Source: Squalus acanthias (taxonomy: Eukaryota). Taken from it: 64,000 bases of DNA. The stretch is from assembly GCA_030390025.1 (NCBI GenBank), contig CM059431.1:100504001-100568000 (forward strand), in the 5' to 3' direction. Below, piece after piece: positions 1-11,860 of this stretch; the first letter of the stretch is position 1, and each line of letters begins with the position of its first letter. The position numbers and the translations under genes were made by a program. The notes under the pieces are model-generated. The model saw only the letters and a program-made list of their open reading frames with translations, made no database searches and was not told the DNA's origin.

Positions 1-380
1 CTAGGCCGACATTCCAGTACAGTGCTGAGGGAGTGCTGCACTGTCGGAGGTGCCGTCTTTTGGATGAGGCGTTAAACCGAGGCCCCGTCTGCCCTCTCAG
101 GTGGATGTAAAAAATCCCATGGCCACTATTTTGAAGAGCAGGGGAGTTATCCCCGGTGTCCTGGGGCCAATATTTATCCCTCAACCAACATCACTAAAAC
201 AGATTATCTGGTCATTATCACATTGCTGTTTGTGGGAGCTTGCTGTGCGCAAATTGGCTGCCGCGTTTCCCACATTACAACAGCGACTATACTTCAAAAT
301 AGTACTTCATTGGCTGTAAAGCGCTTTGAGACGTCCGGTGGTCATGAAAGGCGCCATAGAAATGCAAGTCTTTCTTTCTT
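1..380 (+). mobile_element. Deu-domain tRNA-derived SINE (SacSINE1-like), 5' end outside window
   Basis: Body GGATGTAAAA..ATCCCATGGC..GAGCAGGGGAGTT..CATTGCTGTTTGTGGGAGCTTGCTGTGCGCAAATTGGCTGCC, tail ..AAATGCAAGT(CTTT)n; more than 10 related copies in window. Confidence 0.85.
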
Positions 381-1267
381 TATATATTGTGGCACCACCG
401 ATAACTCAAGCAAGCTGGACAATTTGACTGGAAATACTGACAACTGTTTCTGGTGCAGTCTGAGCTGCAATAACAAAATCCCCACCACCTGAGACCACAG
501 GGGCCAGGATATGGGTTACTTATAGCAACCGTGAGCCAGCTAACAAGAATAGCAGGAAAGCTGCTGAATTTGAAGCGACGCAGTCCTTTGAAGTCAGCTA
601 CTTAGCGGCTATTATAACCATTCAAGTGAAATCTTTGAAGGCAGGTTATCCTCTGCTGCATCATGTCCTGTTGTTGTGAATGAATTATTTCCTTTTCCTT
701 CATTTTTCACGTTTGTGACACTGACACTTTAATTGTTTTCGTTGTTAACTACAGGCTTGGGGAACTGAAACACTTGACTGGCAAAGCAACAAAATTAATT
801 AGTGAACTGAAAGAACTGTGTGCGCATAAAAATCCACAAATCGTCACACTCACATAGCCTGCATTAAACTACATATTCTGGCAAATGACAGCCAGTAGGA
901 TGCAAATTAAATATTCATGACCAGCAATTATTCGACTTAACTATAAGCAGCCATACTATGTAGCCTGCTCTTGTTGTATTTCTTTAGAATTGCTTATGCA
1001 CCATTATTCATAGCCCATCTAGTCTTCTGCTGTTAATCAAACCAGTTCTAGTATGTTTTTCCAAGAATACTTTAAATGTGGTGAAAATGTAGTCAAGTGG
1101 CTACCTCTGTCAGGTGTTATTTACGTAATTTGCCTTTTTGTTCCTATGCATCTATTACTAGAGGAACGAGAGGTTTGAAAAAAAACACGTATTTGCTTTT
1201 TTGCCCCACACAGAGTTTTAGTTTTATTTTTTTAACTCTTTCCTTTACTCTTCATTATTCTTTGTGT

Positions 1268-1672
1268 GTCAGCTGTGGCTCGGTGGGCAGCACTCTCGGT
1301 TCCAAGTCAGAAGGTTGTGGGTTCAAGTCCCGCTCCAGAGACTTGAGCACAAAATCTTAAGTTGACACTCCAGTGCAGCGCTGAGGGAGTGCTGCACTGT
1401 CGGAGGTGCCGTCTTTCGGATGAGACCTTAAACCGAAGCCCCCGTCTGCTCTCTCAGATCCTTTAAAAGATCCCACGGCCACTATTTTTCCGAAGAAGAG
1501 CAGGGGAGTTCTCCCTGGTGTCCTGGCCAATATTTATCTCTCAACCAACATCGCTAAAACAGATTACCTGGTTATTATCACATTACTGTTTTGGAAACTT
1601 GCTGTGAGCAAATTGGCTGCCGCGTTTCCTACATTACAAGTGACTACACTTCAAAAAAAGTACTTCATTGGT
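1268..1672 (+). mobile_element. Deu-domain SINE with tRNA-like head
   Basis: A-box-like TGGCTCGGTGG, B-box GGTTCAAGTCC, then same body as the copy at 1-380. Confidence 0.85.
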
Positions 1673-2047
1673 ACCTTTCAAGCCACTGATTTGAAAAGCA
1701 TGATTCATAATTTAATCTGTTTTAAATTTTAATGTTTTATTACACAAAACATGTGTTATATAAACAGACTACCCTGTGGGGAAAACTGTGCAACATAGAA
1801 TGTATTCTAATTAGAAGGAAGATCATTATAATTCATTTGTAACTTAAGAGCTGTAAAGAGCTCTCGCACACAATCCCATATTCCACAGTTCCCTCATTAC
1901 GCATCACTTTCTTTTCCATTACCTTTCCCCCTTTCGCTATTTCCTACTTGTAATTTTCCGTTTTCTATGTCCCATTTTTCCTTCTGTTCTCTTTCCTGTT
2001 GTGTCAACTGCTGTTTGGGTTGGGATTGCTTAATAATACGAGTACAG

Positions 2048-2372
2048 ACTTTCGGAAGAGGCGTTAAACCGAGGCCCCGTCTGCCCTCTCAGGTGGACGT
2101 AAAAGATCCCATGGCATTATTTCGAAGAGGAGCAGGGGGAGTTCTCCCTGGTGTCCTGGCCAATATTTATCCCTCAACCAACATCACTAAAACAGATGAT
2201 CTGGTCATTATCACATTGTTGTTTGTGGGAGCTTGCTGTGCGCATATTGGCTGCCGCGTTTCCTACATTACAACAGTGACTACACTCCAAAAAGTACTTC
2301 ATTGACTGTAAAGCGCTTTGGGACGTCCGGTGGTCGTGAAAGGCGCTATAGAAATGCAAGTCCTTCTTTCTT
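2048..2372 (+). mobile_element. Deu-domain SINE, 5'-truncated
   Basis: Near-identical body and tail to other copies. Confidence 0.85.
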
Positions 2373-2689
2373 TTAGAGCCTTAAGTCGCAATTGAATTTA
2401 GACTGCACGCACTATCACTTTTACACCAATGTGACACAAGTTCCAGTCTGCACTAATGCAAAAATCAGCAGTATAGCTCATGATTTAGATCAGCATTCTG
2501 GATCTCAAATGCATTTGGGCTGAAAAAGACCCCTTTTCTCTGGTAGGTGATCTGGGTTCGCACCAGGACAAATGTAACTAGCGCAAAGCTATTTCTAAAA
2601 AGTGTGTATGCTGTGCAATGGGACAGCTATTAAATTTAGCACAGTCTTTTTTAAATATTTCAAGAGTATAGATGCAATATAACTTTGAT

Positions 2690-3210
2690 CTGCAGGATAT
2701 ACTTGCCATAGAGGCAGTGCAGCGAAGGTTCACCAGACTGATTCCTGGGATGGCAGGACTGTCGTATGAAGAGAGATTGGGTCGACCAGGCCTGTATTCA
2801 CTAGAGTTTAGAAGAATGAGGGGGGGATCTCATTGAAATGTATAAAATTCTGACAGAGCTAGACAGACTGGATGCAGGGAGGATGTTTCCCCTGGCTGGG
2901 GGGGTCTAGAACGAGGGGTCACAGTCTCAGGATACGGGGTAGGACATTTAAGACTGAGATGAGGAGAAATTTCTTCAGAGGGTGGTGAACCTGTGGAATT
3001 CTCTACCACAGAAGGCTGTGGAGGCCAAGTCACTGAATATATTTAAGAAGGAGATAGATAGATTTCTAGACACAAGAGGCATCAAGGGGTATGGGGAGAG
3101 AGCGGGAATATGGTATTGAGATAGAGGATCAGCCATGATCATATTGAATGGCAGAGCAGGCTCAAAGGGCCGAATTGCCTACTCCTGCTCCTATTTTTCT
3201 ATGTTTCTAG
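2690..3210 (+). mobile_element. CR1 LINE 3' fragment
   Basis: Encodes CR1 ORF2 C-terminus (GLYSLEFRRMR..), 3' UTR GATCAGCCATGATC..GGCCGAA.TGCCTACTCCTGCTCCT and TTCTATGT tail. Confidence 0.9.
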
Positions 3211-3379
3211 GACATACATTGCCATCTATCCCTACTGGACTCACACAATGTTAACTAGGAAACAAATTCTGAGAGGAGACCGTTGTTAAGTAGTCTGCTT
3301 CCGCTGTTAGATACATGTATGTAAATACAATCACCAACTGAGTCCAGGAACAATAAAACCATTTTCCACAATGATGTCA

Positions 3380-4040
3380 GATCCCTGAAGGTAGCAGGAC
3401 AGGTAGATGAGGTGGTTAAGAAGGCATACGGGATACTTTCCTTTATTAGCTGAGGCATAGAATATAAGAGTAGAGAGGTTATGCTTGAACTGTATAAAAC
3501 ACGAGTTAGGCCACAGCTAGAGTGCAGTTCTGGTCACCACATTACAGGAAGGATGTGATTGCACTAGACAGGGTACAGAGGAGATTTACGAGGATGTTGC
3601 CAAGACTGGAGAATTTCAGCTATGAGGAAGATTGGATAGGCTGGGGTTGTTTTCTTTGGAACAGAGGAGGCTGAGGGGAGACTTGATTGAGGTGTATAAA
3701 ATTATGAGGGGCCTAGATAGAGTGGATAGGAAGGACCTATTTCCCTTAGCAGACAGGTCAACAGCCAGGGGACATAGATTTAAAGTAATTGGTAGAAGGA
3801 TTAGAGGGGAGTCAAGGAGAAGTCTTTTCACCCAGAGGGCGGTGGGGGTCTGGAACTCACTGCCTGAAAGGGTGGGAGAGGCGGAAACCCTCATCACATT
3901 TAAAAAGTACTTAGATATACCTACAAGGCTACGGACCAAGAGCTGGAAAGTGGGATTAGGCTGGATAGCTCTTTTTTGGCTGGCACAGACACGATGGGCC
4001 GAATGGCCTCCTTCTGTGCTGTAAAGTTCTATGATTCTAA
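3380..4040 (+). mobile_element. CR1 LINE 3' fragment (second subfamily)
   Basis: ORF 3632-4024 RLGLFSLEQRRLRGDLIEVYKIM..WNSLP; TTCTATGA tail. Confidence 0.9.
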
Positions 4041-4239
4041 GCCCAATTACTATCATTATTTGTAGTATGTAGCATTACTATGTCCAAAAAAAGCTACAGG
4101 AAAGAAAATTTATGATCTAACTGCTCAATATCTTGTGAAATACAATGCACTTGCAATGAATGGCTTATGAAACAAGGCAGCCAAAACTATATGGTCAACA
4201 ACAACTACTTACATTCATACAAGGGCTTTAATTATAGAA

Positions 4240-5440
4240 TGCCCCAAATCTCCTCACCCTCAAGCGTCCATCTTCTCCGACTACCATCCCATCTCTAATG
4301 TCTCTTTCCTTTCTAAGTTTATTGACCATTTTATCAGTACCCAACTCTATGCCCACCTCTCCAAGCATTTCTGTCTGAATGTCTCCGTATTGGTTTCCAC
4401 CTAGCACGCAACACTGGAATTGACCCGGTCACACTCACCAAAGACATTTGTTGTGATTGTGACTGTGATGTGCTGCCTTTCTTGGTCTCCTCGATCGCTC
4501 CATGGCATTCGACATGGCCAGTCAGGTCACTCTCTGCTCCTCCTTCATCTCTTCTTCACTGTCCACCTCTATGGCACTGCCCTCACTTTGTTCCAGTGAC
4601 ATCTGTCCCAGCACCCCTCTTGCAATGGCTTCTCCTCCTTCACCCCTCATGGTCACTTTGGGCGTGCCACAAGGTTGCAATCTTAGCTCCCTCCTTTTCT
4701 TCATACCTCCATATCCTAGCCACTAGCAAGACCACCCAATTCTACCTGTGCCCTACCTCACCCCAATGCTGCTGACACCCTCATCAATGCTCAACTATTC
4801 CAACAGCCTCTTCATGAAATTCTACTCTACGTAAACTACAACACGTTGGTAGCTCAACTGTCTGTATTTCCACCCCACAGTAAGTCTCACCTCCCTTTCA
4901 CCCCTCTACAACAACTTGCATTTATAAAGCGCCTTTAGCGTAGTAAAACGTCCCAAGGCGCTTCTCACAGGAGCGATTATCAAACAAAATTTGACACCGA
5001 GCCACATAAGGAGATATTAGGGCAGGTGACCAAAAGCTTGGTCAAAGAGATAGGTTTTAAGGAGCATCTTAAAGGAGGAGAAAGAGGTAGAGAAGTGGAG
5101 AGGCTCACCAAGCTCCCTTGGCATGCATCCCCAGTGGATCGAATTCAAAATCTTTGTCCTGAACTTGATTCCTCTGCAAGTTCCTCCACAGCATCGCTCC
5201 TCTGTACCAGCTCTGTATGCCAGAGAATGCTCTCTTCTCTGCTGACTCTGGCCTCCTCAGCATACCCCCTCACTTTCTGCATCTTCTGTCGCTGAGGCCT
5301 TCCGTCATCTTGGCCCTACACTGGAATGTGATTTCCAAAACCCTCTGCCTTGCTATCTCTCTCCCTTCCCTCAAAAGCTTCTTCAAAACATAAGGCTTTG
5401 AGCATATCTCCAGTCACCCCGCCACCCCCCACCAGCTCTT
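4240..5440 (+). mobile_element. Old degenerate L2-clade LINE (RT region) with a younger antisense L2 3' end nested at ~4907-5105
   Basis: Remnants of RPISNxxFLSK, AFD and GVPQG motifs; nested piece starts with (CAA)n CTTGCATTTAT, the L2 tail on the minus strand. Confidence 0.6.
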
Positions 5441-6179
5441 CTCCCATCACTATTCAGTTGAACCTTATACTTGACATCTCAAACCATTTTGAAATATATG
5501 GTTGAAAGAGCGGAATTACTTTTTCTTGTTCCTACAGTCTGAAGGATTAAAAAAACGAAATACCAACAGCGACGGCTTTCGACAACTCAGTTCTGCTGTC
5601 ATGCTGTGTATGTACTCAAAACTATATACTGATATACTGACATAGTGTATTTATTAGAGGGAGAAGGCAAGGACATCTATAATGCAGATGAATAGTTAAA
5701 TGTGGAAACAAATATAATGCATTAAAACTAAATGTGGCTTTTATATACACTGATTAATTATGCATTGTTAAAAAAGGTTATACTTTAAATGATACTGAAT
5801 TTAACGCGTCATTAGAAAAATGTAAAAATACCGCGGCCAGGAATTCTTTAGATAATTAGTTCCTCTAAGAAAATGTGAACAATTAGAGTAGCAATATTAC
5901 AACCAGCTACCATCAGCAGATTCACAGAGCAGAACAAATTGTCTGCACTTCGATTTATGATACAAGCCAGTCCCAATGCTCATTAGTATAATTGGTGTTA
6001 GGTAAAGCTGGTTAGTAAAAGTCATACCGGGGGCAATAAAGTCAGATCCCCACGATGGCAGCAACTGATATAAAAACATGCGCAAGGGAGAAGAGGCACT
6101 GTACCATCATTGATTTAAAAGCACAATAAATTTTAAAACATTTAATTTATATTATAAGTGAAGCAAGACTTCAAATATT

Positions 6180-6605
6180 CCATAGAATTTACAGCAGCAA
6201 CAGGCTATTCGGCCTAACTGGTCCGTGCCGGTGTTTATGCTCCACACGAGCCTCCTCCCTCCCCTCTTCATCTCACCCTATCAGCATATCCTTCTATTCC
6301 TTTCTCCCTCATGTGTTTATCTAGCTTCCCCTTAAATGCATCGACGCTATTCGCTTCAACCACTCCCTGTGGTAGCGAGTTCCACATTCTCACCACTCTC
6401 TGGGTGAAGAAGTTTCTCCTGAATTCCCTATTGGATTTATTAGTGACTATCTTACATTGATGGCCCCTAGTTTTGGTCTCTCCCACAAGTGGAAACACCC
6501 TTCTCCACGTCTACCCTATCGAACCCTTTCATAATTTTGAAGCCCTCTATCAGGTCACCCCTCAGCCTTCTCTTTTCTAGAGTAAAGAGCTCCCGCCTGT
6601 TCAAT
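6180..6605 (-). mobile_element. CR1 LINE 3' fragment
   Basis: ORFs 6268-6498 and 6467-6661 (LEKRRLRGDLIE; FFTQRVVRMWNSLP). Confidence 0.9.
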
Positions 6606-6865
6606 ATAAGCCTAGAAATTACTGTTAATGGTATTATCAGATGAACGCCTACCACGTTCATATGACATTTTTCTGTCTGTTATTTTAGCAGAGTAATTAA
6701 TCTATTTAAAATAAAAACCTATATTAAAATAGCAGACAGAGGAATGTTACTTAAAACCTTTAATTTTACTGCTAATGTTACCAACAGTGGTTTCTAGTCT
6801 ATAGGTATTCATAAACTAGCCAATCTCGCATGGCCACAGGGAGTCAAGGTGAAGCAGGGTTATCG

Positions 6866-7332
6866 GGTATGGCAGCATAGCGGTTATGTTACTGGACTAG
6901 TAATTCCGAGGCCTGGACTAATGATCTAGAGACTTGAGTTCCCACCATGGCAGCTGGGGAATTTAAATTCAGTTAATTAAATAAATCTGGAATAAAAAGC
7001 TAGTATCAGTAATGGTGACCATGTAACTACCGGATTGTTGTAAAAACCCATCTGGTTCACTAATGTCCTTTAGGGAAGGAAATCTGCTATCCTTACCTGG
7101 TCTGGCCTATATATGACTCCAGACCCACACCCTCTGAAATGGCCTAGCAAGCCACTCGGTTGGACCAAACCGCTACAAAGAAGTACTCCCACTCTGGGGA
7201 GTACCTTCACCACACGGACTGCAGCGGTTCAAGAAGGTGGCTCACCACCATCTTCTCAAGGGCAATTAGGGATGGGCAATAAATGCTGGCATTGCCAGTG
7301 ACGCCCACATCCCATGAATGAATAAAAAAAAG
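6866..7332 (+). mobile_element. tRNA-derived SINE (second family) with LINE-derived 3' tail
   Basis: tRNA-like head, central AAAAACCCATCTGGTTCACTAATGTCCTTTAGGGAAGGAAA, 3' ~130 bp matching the end of the LINE at 43067-43830, A-rich end. Confidence 0.8.
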
Positions 7333-7469
7333 TCTGGGAATAGGTGTAACAGGTGCACAGGTGTAATTTAGTCTGTAAAATCTGTCCTTATTTTTATATT
7401 ATATAGTCAATCATCCATTGCATTGCAACAGGAAGTCAAGGTCAAGTTCAATCTTAGGTCAAGTGGGCT

Positions 7470-8050
7470 TAGAGGGTGGGGAGGGGTAACTGGACGAGGG
7501 CCGAAGGAGGACGACAACATCACAGGCCAGAAGGCAAGGACAGAGTGGGGAGGGGGATTAGGAAGTTAGATTAGGATCGCAAGAAGGTAAGGGACAAAGA
7601 TAGCCAGGTGGCAAGGTGGAGGAGGGTCAGAGGTCACGGGTTGGGGGAAAGTAGAGCAGGTTTAGAGACCAAGGTGCAGAGGAGCAAAATAGAGGTTGGG
7701 AAAGAGAAGGGGGCGAAGGTAGAAAATGATAAGAGGAGGAGGTGGGGGGGGGGGGGCGGCGGTGGAAAGAAAGGTGACTGGCTAGAACACACTGGAGCCC
7801 ACAGGAAGTGACTGCATTACCGCAGCCAGTAACACCAGTCTGGTAATCCTAGTCAGACCACAGCTGGGAAAAAGGAAGGAGATGGGAGGAGGAGGAGGAG
7901 GAAAATAGGAGAAGGAGGAAGAGAACAAGGGTGTAAGGGGATGGGGAGGAAAGGGTGAGGCAGAGGAAGATGGGAGAGGAGATGGTAGTGGAGGGGAAGA
8001 GTGGGGAGTAGGAAGAAGGGTGAGGAGTGGGAAGAAGAGTGGGGCCAAAG
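7470..8050. repeat. Degenerate purine-rich (GA) low-complexity tract
   Basis: Strong G/A strand bias, (GGA)n runs. Confidence 0.8.
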
Positions 8051-8369
8051 TCTTTCCTTTAAATCTGGAGAAACCGATGAAAACAGGATTTCCAAAAACT
8101 ATCTACCCCGCATTAAAACAGTGCCTGTAGCTAATATTCAATGGCAGCACAAAATTGTCCCTTTAAAGATGGTGCAGATGTTAGGGAATCTGTTTCATTA
8201 TCAAATACTGTACTGTCTCAGAATGGGCTGTGGGCCAGAACAGCAAATCGTCAGCAAGGGGGGAGCTCGTCACATCTTTGTACAGGACTGGAGGCGTCAG
8301 CGGTCACCAACCCAGTCCGAGGGAGGCAGGGAGCAAGGGATGACTTCCCAGGATGCGCTGACAATGGGC

Positions 8370-9290
8370 CATGGGGAGTAGAAGTTGTGTATATGGATCT
8401 TCTGAAGGTGTTTGATACAGTGTCTCATAAGAGTCTGGTCAGAAAAATTCAGGCGTATGGTACAAGAGGAAATGTAGCAGCGAGGATAAAAAGATTGCTG
8501 ACACAAAAGCAAAGGAAGGTATTGTTCAGATTGAAGAGAGGTCGGGAGGGGTCCCCCCCAGGGGTCAGAAGGGGTGTGTCCCCGGGGGTCGAAGGGGTGT
8601 CCCCCGGGGGTCGAAGGGTTGTCCCCCGGGGGTCGAAGGGGTGTCCCCCGGGGGTCGAAGGGGTGTCCCCCCCAAGGGGTCGAAGGGGTGTCCCCCCCAA
8701 GGGCTCGGAAGGGGTGTGTCCCCCAGGGGTCGAAGGGGTGTTCCCCCCCCCAAGGGCTCGGAAGGGGTGTTCCCCCCTGCAAGGGCTCGGAAGGGGTGTC
8801 CCCCAAGGGTTGGAAGGGGTGTGTCCCCAGGGGTCGGAAGGGGTGTGTCCCCAGGGGTCGGAAGGGGTGTGTCCCCAGGGGTCGGAAGGGGTGTGTCCCC
8901 ACAGGTCGGAAGGGGTGCCCTCCAGGGGTCAGTGCTGGGTCCACTTTAGCTTTTCTACATATAGATGATTTTTAAGTTGCGTATAGGGGGACGCCTCTTG
9001 AAATTGGCTGATTACACAGAAGTAGGGGATTTGGCAGACAGTGAGGAATGACTGTAAAAGACTTCAGGAAGGCACGGACAGATTAGGGAACAGGTGACAG
9101 TTACAATTTATTGCAGGTAACTGGGAGGATAAACAAGGTATCAGAGCATATGCTCAATGTCAAAATACTAAAGGGTGTGGAAGAACAGAGAGATCTAGGG
9201 GTTGAAATACATAATTCCCAGAAAGTACATGTGCAGTAGATAAAGCCAACAAGTTCTGAGTTTTATAAATAGGGGCAGAGAGCACAATGA
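8370..9290 (+). mobile_element. Degenerate CR1 RT fragment interrupted by a minisatellite
   Basis: VVYMDLLKVFDTVSH..LVRKI before the array, QGSVLGPL after it. Confidence 0.8.
8548..8930. repeat. GC-rich minisatellite, ~21-27 bp units (GGGTCGGAAGGGGTGTGTCCCCAG)
   Basis: About 15 tandem units visible directly. Confidence 0.95.
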
Positions 9291-10234
9291 GATTAACTGC
9301 AACCAAAATGAGCTAAATTTCCTCATTTGATATTTACAATTTCCTGAGGCAATATTAAATGGAGCATTTTCTTACAGTTTAAAAATTATGACGTCATTAG
9401 CACATTCAGTTGTGCCCTCCCAGTCAGATAATGCCAGTAATAATAATAATTTTCTGAATTAAAGACATCCTCCAGTTATGGCGCTGAAGTCAGCACTAAT
9501 CAGGGCGGCATTTGCTCCTTGCTGTAAAGTCAATATTCTCACACCAATGTAAACAGGGCAGGGTCAAATGTCACCCGAGTAATTAAACTTTGACTTTTGT
9601 TGGTGGTATTATTAGCAATGGAGCCAGTCCCCAGCTCAGCCACTCGAGAAACAAGTCTGCAAGGGTAAGCTTTAGTGCAAAGTTGCACGTTTGTCAGCCC
9701 CTACAGGAAATCCCAGTGCTTTCTGTTGGGGTCAAACAGAAATTATTGCCGTTGAAAAGGAACACGGTGCTGCGAAACTACATTTCTATCCTGGCACTAG
9801 AAATCATGCAGTCATCAGTTTCTGTAACTTGGTTTACTCAACCAGAATATCTTCCCCAAATTATCTTCACAAACTGTTGAACAATAACATTGCAGGCGCT
9901 GTGTGGACCAATTCTATTTTGGATAATAATTTGAAAGCTATACACGGATATTAGATCAGAAGAAGGGACGGAGTCATAAATAGTTGGCAAATTTTAATAA
10001 AATTAATGTCAACTCCGTACTTCCAGAAAGTTTTTATTAAATTCAATATATTAGGCGAGTACGCGCTCAGTTTTTGCAGTCCTATTGACTGCTGCAGTTT
10101 TTCCAATCAAGATGCAATGGTGTCTTTACTGTGCAGATCAACGTGACACTGTGCTGCCTGAGATATGGGATTAACCTGCAGCATTGTGAAACATGCTTTT
10201 ACAGTGTGCTATGTCAGTCATGGTAAAGCAGCCC

Positions 10235-10730
10235 AACAACAATTTGCATTTATATAGCACCTTTAACGTTGTAAAACGTCCCAAGGTGCTTCACAGGAGC
10301 GACAGAGACGAAGTTTGACACCGAGCCACACAGGGAGATATTAGGACAGGTGACCAAAAGCTTGGTCAAAGAGGTAGGTTTGAAGGAGCGTCGTAAAAGG
10401 AGGAAAGAGAGGTAGAGAGCTGGAGAAGTTTAGGGAATTAATTCCAGAGCTTAGGGCCTCGGCAGCTGAAGGCACGGCCGCCAATGGTGGGGCGATGAAA
10501 ATCGGGGATGAACAAGAGGCCAGAGTTGGAGGAGCGCAGAGATCTTGGAGGGTTGTAGGGCTGGAGGAGGTTACAGAGATAGGGAGGGGCGAGGCCATGG
10601 AGGGATTTGAAAACAAGGATGGGAATTTTAAAACTGATGGGAGCAAATGTAGGTCAGCGAGCACAGGGAGTGATGGGTGAACGGGACTTGTTGCGAATTA
10701 GGATACGGGCAGCAGAGTTTTGGATGAGCC
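10235..10730 (-). mobile_element. L2 LINE 3' fragment
   Basis: (CAA)n tail + TTGCATTTATATAGCACCTTTAACGT; minus ORF LADLH..YLFDQAF. Confidence 0.85.
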
Positions 10731-11860
10731 CAGGCATGGTAGAAGGAGGGAGTCAGGAGTTCAAGTGTTTCCACACAACTACAAGTGGGGTCATGATAAA
10801 GTACTCGTTTTGCACTTATACCAGTTTTTTGGTATTAGCGAGGGTAGAAAAGGAAGAACGGGGAATAGCAGACTACCACCAGAAGTTGAAACAAGGATAG
10901 GGGTGGAATTCAGGAAGAACGTCCATCTACTTATCTGAACTGCCTCCTGGTCAATCCAAGGGTGAGGTCGACTCCGAGCTGGGTTTTTTGACACTAATTT
11001 GCTAGAAAAGGGTATTTGAGGGGAATGGAGCCAAGGCGGGTGATGGAGTTAGGCAACCATGATCTTATTGAATGGCAGAATAGGCTCGAGGGGCTGAATG
11101 GTCTACTCCTGTTCCTAATGTTTATTCAAAAGTACTACTTTCAGTTTATTTACAACAGCAAAGGAGTGCAGACTCCATTCCGACTATAAATAGGCCAACA
11201 GAGACAATTGGAAAAACAATCTCAATAGTCAGACATTAGCTCTCATGGAATGGCCTGCGTTTCAGAACTTTACTGTACGTGTTTGCATTTATATAATGCT
11301 TTACCACAACCTCAGGACATCCCACATTGCATCATTGTTGGAACATGGAGAAGGAAGAGGCAGAGAGCTTGATGGAGTTAGCTTAGCATATAGTATAGAA
11401 CATAAGAAATAGGAGCAGGAGGAGGCCATACAGCCCCTCGAGCCTGCTCCGCCATTCAATAAGATCATGGTTGATCATCCACCTCAACTCCACTTTCCCG
11501 CCCGATCTCCATATCCCTTGATTCCCCTAGAGCCCAAAAATCTATCGATCCCAGCCTTGAATATACTCAAAGACTCAGCATTCACAGCCCTCTTGAGTAG
11601 AGAATTCAAAAGATTCACAACCCTCTGAGTGAAGAAATTCCTCCTCATCTCGGTCCTAAATGACCTACCCCTTATCCTGAGACTATGCCCCCTAGTTCTA
11701 GTCCCTCCAGCCAGGGGAAACAACCTCTCAGCATCTACCATGTCAATCCCCTTCAGAATCGTTGCTTAACCAGGAGCCAATGTAGATCAGCAAGCACAAA
11801 GGTGATGGGTAAACGGGACTTGGTGCGAGTTAGGAACCGGCAGCCAAGTTTTGGATCACC

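Noticed and set aside
1268..1345. tRNA-like sequences (also 19418, 22934, 35288, 6866)
   Set aside because: They are SINE heads continuous with SINE bodies, not standalone tRNA genes
8141..8975. 275-aa Gly/Pro-rich ORF
   Set aside because: Chimera of degenerate CR1 RT and minisatellite
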